Shown: positions 56,933-64,000 of the stretch, piece by piece | Layout: each line of letters begins with the position of its first letter | How positions within the stretch are numbered: position 1 is the stretch's first letter | NCBI RefSeq assembly: GCF_009914755.1 | Contig: NC_060925.1 | DNA from: the human T2T-CHM13v2.0 reference genome, Homo sapiens | Length of the DNA: 64,000 bases | Direction: 5' to 3' (one strand) | Program-made: the position numbers and the translations under genes | Notes under the pieces: generated by a model | The model's input: the letters and a program-made list of their open reading frames with translations, nothing else | Databases searched by the model: none | What the model was told of the DNA's origin: nothing

Positions 56933-57837
56933 TTAAGGTTAAGAATAAAAGGAGCCTTAGGGTTCATATAATCTAACTACCTCACTTAATATAATATTAA
57001 TTAAACTAAGCTTAGAGAGGGTAACTTGCACACAGAAACAATGAAACAATCAATAGAACCCAAACCAGGAACCCCAGCAGCACTACTCTCAAAATCGCAA
57101 ACGTGGAGTCCTAGAAAATCTCCTAATTTTTGTCGTCATTAGAGTCACAAGGCTCAAGAGTCTGCAACTGGCAAATTAGGGCTTCCCCTTCTGGTCCTCC
57201 ATGCCGAAGCACTCAGGCCATGCCATGGTCATTTCTTAGTAAGGCTATGATGGAAGCAATTCTTGGTTCCCTCCAAGTTCAACTGTGAGTCCACTGCCTA
57301 GAACTCAGAACTGGTTTTCTCAGAAATCCCATAGCACACGTGGAGGGTTCCTGGGAGAACTCTTCCTACTAGGCACCACATTGTTGAACTGCAGTGATGA
57401 TAGCCCACAGGATCTAACCATCATGAAGAATATAATTTCCTAAAATTCCATTCTGAGTTTCAACTTGGACCTGTGCTGGTCCCTCTTCCTGGAAAACTGC
57501 TGCCCCAGTTTTCTCATGTCAGGCTCCTTCTGTATGTTTCCTCTTGCAGAGTATCTCCTGATCATCTACCCAAGTAGTTCTCACTCCCCTCCTGCCAGTT
57601 ACACTGCATCTCATCAGCCTTCTCTACACTCCTTATAGCCCTAGAACTATATAAAACATTTGTTCATCATCTACTTGCTCATTACCCCCTGAAAGTAGGA
57701 TGTGAGCTTCGAGAGGGCAGGAACTTTACCTTTCTGTCTACCACTATAACCGCAGCACCTAGAACAGTGCTTGGGACACAGCAGATTCTCTATACATATC
57801 TGTCTAATGAACAAATGAATGTACAGAAGAATGATGA

Positions 57838-58161
<324 letters not shown>

Positions 58162-59820
58162 GATGAGAGCACCTTCTTTCAACGTGGTTTCCAAAGTTGG
58201 AATTTGAGACTTTCCTTCCTGTTTCTCTCATTTTCAATAGTAGGAGTTAGACTACTGAGCTTTAATAGAACGTGGAAGGAGAAAAACGTGCCCTTAGGCT
58301 GGTGTTCTCAATGACAGGACAGAGAAGAGGAAGTTGCAGGGATTGGGGGTGGTGTCGATTTACTTCTCAGCTCTGGTGTCCTTTCGCACAGAAAGCATGC
58401 TGGTGAGTCAGGTCTTCCTGGATACAGGGCTTGGGAGGCAATGAGGTGTACTGGAATGAGATGTTTTTGAGACCAAAGAGTTGGGTTCAAACCCTCAAAA
58501 AGTCATGTAAATCTCTCTGAGCCTCATGGGGCTGGTAGAAAATACCCAAGGGATAGGGTGTTTGTGAGGATCAAGGAAGTTAACATATGTGGACACTCTC
58601 TGTAAATAGTAAAATAATATAAGTTGCTATTAAATGATTATTGATAAGACCACATAGGCTCTGGAGAGATCCAAATAGGTGAAATTTCTCGGCATGCATC
58701 TCCATTCAGTCCTGCTGTTTTGCCTTCCTTAGTTCTACCAGCACTCTCAGACCCCAGGCTGCTGCGTGGGAGCCCCGGCTCAAGAGCAGAAGCCCTAAGG
58801 TGCTGGCATGGGCTCCTCAGAGCCCCGTGGGGCTGCCAGCAGCCACAGCACAGCCATGAGCAGGGCAGCCAACAGGAAGCCCAGGAGAAGACCACTGTGA
58901 GAGGCCACAGAGGGACACAGGGACACCGTCATCGGCCCTGAGCCAGGGGCAGGTGTAAGAAACAAGCCGGAAGCCCTCACTTTTGGCCCAAATGCTTTGG
59001 ATAGGCCAGAATCCCAGAGACAGGAATATCAGAGAAGCCAGCTTCCCTCTTATGACCAGGCCCTGGCTTCTTCATGTCCTTAGGGTGGGTTCTACACTCC
59101 ACTCCCAAAAGCAGGGCCTATACTTCTTCCCTTGCCAAGAAGGTGGGGTGGATGGTATTGGGATCTTTGGATGGATTCCCAAGATTGGAGAAGGTCTCCT
59201 TTCTCAGTCTTCATGGGCTGCACTGCCAATTTCTCATTGACCAAACTTTAATGTTCCAGGCAACGAGGCTCTTGGCTATAAGGTGTCCTCATGTTACAGA
59301 AATCACCTCCTCTGACCCAGTTACTCCCAAACTGTTTCCACTCTTCCTTAAGTGATAACCTTAATGACAAGTCTCATGCAAACAGTAATTTCTTATCCTT
59401 TCTTCCAAGAGTTCAGTTCACTCCAGCAACTGGCTACTAACTACTTACAGCTGAGCACAGATTTCACGCAGAACTGTGTAAAGTTGTCCTTGGGAAGACA
59501 AACACAGCAGCCAGTTCCTGCCACCAAGCAGCACACAGTCTGGGTGGGAACAGAGACTTCACGTCCCCAACACGAATGGCTGTGTTTTAGAGTTCATTAC
59601 CTGAAAAGAAACAGGGTGGGAGGCATGTGGGGAATAAAGTGAGCAGGCTGGAGGAGGTCTTCTTCAAGAAAACAGAGACTGGCCCAGCTCTCTTCTGGCT
59701 CCAAAATGCTGTGTTTATTGGGTTGTCTGGATCAGAGGCAAATTCTTGGATTTCTGACAATGTTGCTATGATGTAATGAGGGCTAGAATCTTCTTGAATC
59801 AGGAAAGTTTCAGGGAGGTT

Positions 59821-60192
59821 CTGTTAGTCTGTTCTCACACGGCTATAAGGACATACTGAGACTGGGTGATTTATAAAGGAAAGAGGTTTAATTGACTCGT
59901 AGTTCTGCATGGCTGGGGAGGCCTCAGGACATTTACAATCATGGTGAAAGGTGAAGGGGAAGCAAGGCACCCTCTTCACAAGGTGGCAGGAAGGAGAATG
60001 AAAGCAGGAGGAACTACCAAACAATTATAAAACCATCAGATATTTCGAGAACTCACTATCATGAGAACAGCATGGGGGAAACTGCCCCCACGATTCAATC
60101 ACCTCCACCTGCTCTCTCCTTTGACATGTGGGGATTATGGGGATTACAATTCAAGTGAGATTTTGGGTGGGGACACAGGCAAACCATATCAG
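59821..60192 (-). mobile_element. THE1/MST MaLR LTR
   Basis: TTAGTCTGTTCTCACAC.GCTATAA...GAGACTGGGT...AAACCATATCA terminus. Confidence 0.88.
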
Positions 60193-60670
60193 AGGTGTTA
60201 TATAGTAAGGAGCTTAAAAAACAGAAGGATTTCAACGTGTAGAAAGGGAGAGGAAGGGAGTTCCAGGCTGAGAGGAGTGAGTGAGGGAAAGTAGGAGTGA
60301 AGAGGGTACCCAGAAACTGGATGATCCAGCAGCTTTAGTTCAGTGGGGTTTGAGGCACTTGGGAACTCACCAAGGCGAACCTGCCACAAGCTACCCAGGG
60401 TCTCCACCTGCCAACCTTCAGCAGCGGCTCTAGGCTGCTGATGCCAGCTAGAGAAGCCTGTCTGTAAATGATGATGAATGTGTGAGCTCACCAAGGGAGA
60501 AGGCCAGAGGAGCTCACACATCGAGGAGCTGGCTTTCAAGGGACGGGGAAAGAAAGGCACCAGAGAAGCAGAGCGAAGACGTGGAAACCATAGAGCCTTA
60601 CTGAGTGTGTTCACTCACCCGGCTGTACCTAGGGCCACCTGTTGTCCTCTTGGATGGAGGCAGATCGGCT

Positions 60671-60729
60671 TTCTCTCTCCCTCTCTCTCTCCCTCTCTCT
60701 GTCCCACCTCCTCTCTCTCTCTCTCTCTC
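60671..60729. repeat. Imperfect (CT)n tract
   Basis: Polypyrimidine CT repeat seen directly. Confidence 0.9.
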
Positions 60730-61081
60730 AGTTCTGGGCTGGGACAGGGAAGAACAGCAGGACTCTATTACTTCAGGCAAATTTTGACAGATGGGCCAGG
60801 ACCTGCATACAGGGCCACCCAGCAGGCGCTGGGGAAGGGAGCCTGCTAAGGGGCTGACTGCAGAGCCAGGCCCAGGTCTGAAGGGCCACGGGTGCCTGGT
60901 TTCAGGTTGGAAAGGGTTTCAAGTTGGGCAGGGTTGGCAATGGAGCATCCCACTGAAAACAGAAGAGCCTCACCCCCACCCCACTGACTCCTGTTCGCTC
61001 ACCCCTCTGAGCTTCTGCCCATGCCGATCCCTGTGTCTGGAGCACTGCTCAGGGCTCCCTCTTGGCATATTCTTGCTGCAC

Positions 61082-62135
<1,054 letters not shown>

Positions 62136-62454
62136 TAAAACCTGCTTCCAAACTCACCTTCTCCATGAATTCCCTAACTCTTGAAGTCAAAAATCGATCT
62201 TTTCCTCCCCTATACACTATTCTCACAGCACTTTTCATACACAAAAATCAGATATGGCTCTATCTCCCCCACTGGACCATAGAACTCCTCAGATTAGAAA
62301 CGGCACTAGGGTCACAAATTCAAATGCTCACAGAGCCAGGCAGATAACATAAATGGGTGAAGCTGCTGGTTTAGGTGACATGGGTGGTAATTGTCTTGGT
62401 GATGGCCAGACAATAGGAGTCACTGGAAGCTGTGATGAATCAGAGGGGCTGGAA

Positions 62455-62717
<263 letters not shown>

Positions 62718-64000
62718 TGAAATTACCCCATCTTTATGTGTCAGCAGCAAATCCAAATTTAAGACACCATGTTGCAAGCCAAATAAAATGCATCTGCAGC
62801 CAGATGCAATGAAAGCTTGTTGATTGAAAAGCAAATGAACAAATGAATGAAGGAATAGAAAAGAAGGAGCAGATGGGTGGGAGGGGGAAACAGGATGGGT
62901 GCCCAAGTGTCAAGATGCCAAGCGGTGGGCTGGGCACGCTCAAGTTGACCCCGTTGCCAAGCTGTCAGTGTGAACATCAGCACGGTCTTGCTTGTTGGCT
63001 AAGGGGAAGAGAAAAGCCTATGGCCCTGTGAACTTAGCAACCAGCTTCTCCAAAAACATTACAATCAGAAGCTCTTGTTGCAGCCAAAACACAGGTGCAG
63101 AAAACAAGCGGGCGTTCGCACATGCACGTGCACAAGGTGTGCAGAAGTTGAAGGCTCAGCATGCCACAAATTCCGCACTCCCTCCAAGCACACCTTATGC
63201 CTCATGTTACAGATGTCTTGAGGGAGGAAGGGAGGGACAATTTAGCAAATTGGGAGGTGCAGCAGGGGAAAAGGAGTCATCCAGCCAGAATTCTCCCCAT
63301 CTCTACCCAGAAACTCCCTCTCCTTGCTTTGTTGACGGCGCTGAAGCTTGGGGGAGGCATAAGTGAGCCTGGTGTGGGACTGACCCTCAGCCTCCAGGAA
63401 CACTATCGGCAGGAACACAGCCCGTGTGGGATGCCTGGGGTTGCAAAAGAAAAGTTATTTCAGGTTCAACTGAGTTATAATTTATTTTTTCTAACTGATC
63501 ATTACTGCTGCGGCTCTATAAATAACCACCTAGGGAGTCTGCTTTTCTGCTCCCAAATCCTCAAAAAGCATTGCCAGGTTCTCTGTGGTTTCTGGCCTGC
63601 CAAGCACACAGCACATTTCTTTTCTGTGCAGCCCTTCAGGGAATCCTTCTGCAGTGCATGCCAAGGAATCTGCTGAGTTCTGCCCAACTCAGTCCTCCCC
63701 TTCCTGATCCAATTCCTCTCCTCCAAACTGGCCATCCAGCCCTCCTCCCCCATTCCACAAGAGGCCCCTCTCCCTGGACACAGGTGGTTCCCAAGCCAAG
63801 GTCCCGGCTTCTCTCTGTTTACTCTGCTTTCATCCAACTGCAACCCTCCATGCTTAGAAGACAAGAGTTATTTGTACTACAGAAATCCAGCTGTGGCATC
63901 ATTTGAGGTCAAGCCCAGGAAGAAAAGAGGGTTGGTCTGATGGTATCACCAGTAAAATATCAAGGGTCAATACCACCCCAGGAAGGGTGGCTGTGGTTTA

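Overview
Human genomic DNA, supported by Alu, L1PA, MIR, L2 and MaLR repeats and a human-specific L1HS-Ta element. It looks intergenic or intronic and is rich in repeats. I find no intact host protein-coding gene: the ORF track is chance ORFs plus Alu- and L1-derived frames. I cannot name the locus. Notable structure: (1) a very young L1HS Ta-1 insertion with a twin-priming 5' inversion and a perfect 16-bp TSD (61070-62136); (2) a HERV-H-supergroup solo LTR inside an Alu, with an orphan gag double zinc-knuckle fragment fused to another Alu arm about 1.1 kb away in the same orientation (31.5-33.3 kb); (3) a possible ancient, badly decayed NLRP/NACHT-like pseudogene on the minus strand (about 27.8-29.5 kb), split by an MLT1 LTR, which is a by-eye hypothesis; (4) two canonical minus-strand poly(A) sites and several splice-site-bounded candidate exons at 47.9-57 kb, suggesting the 3' end of an unidentified, probably non-coding, transcript. 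Repeat subfamily names come from recognition of the sequence, not from a database search.
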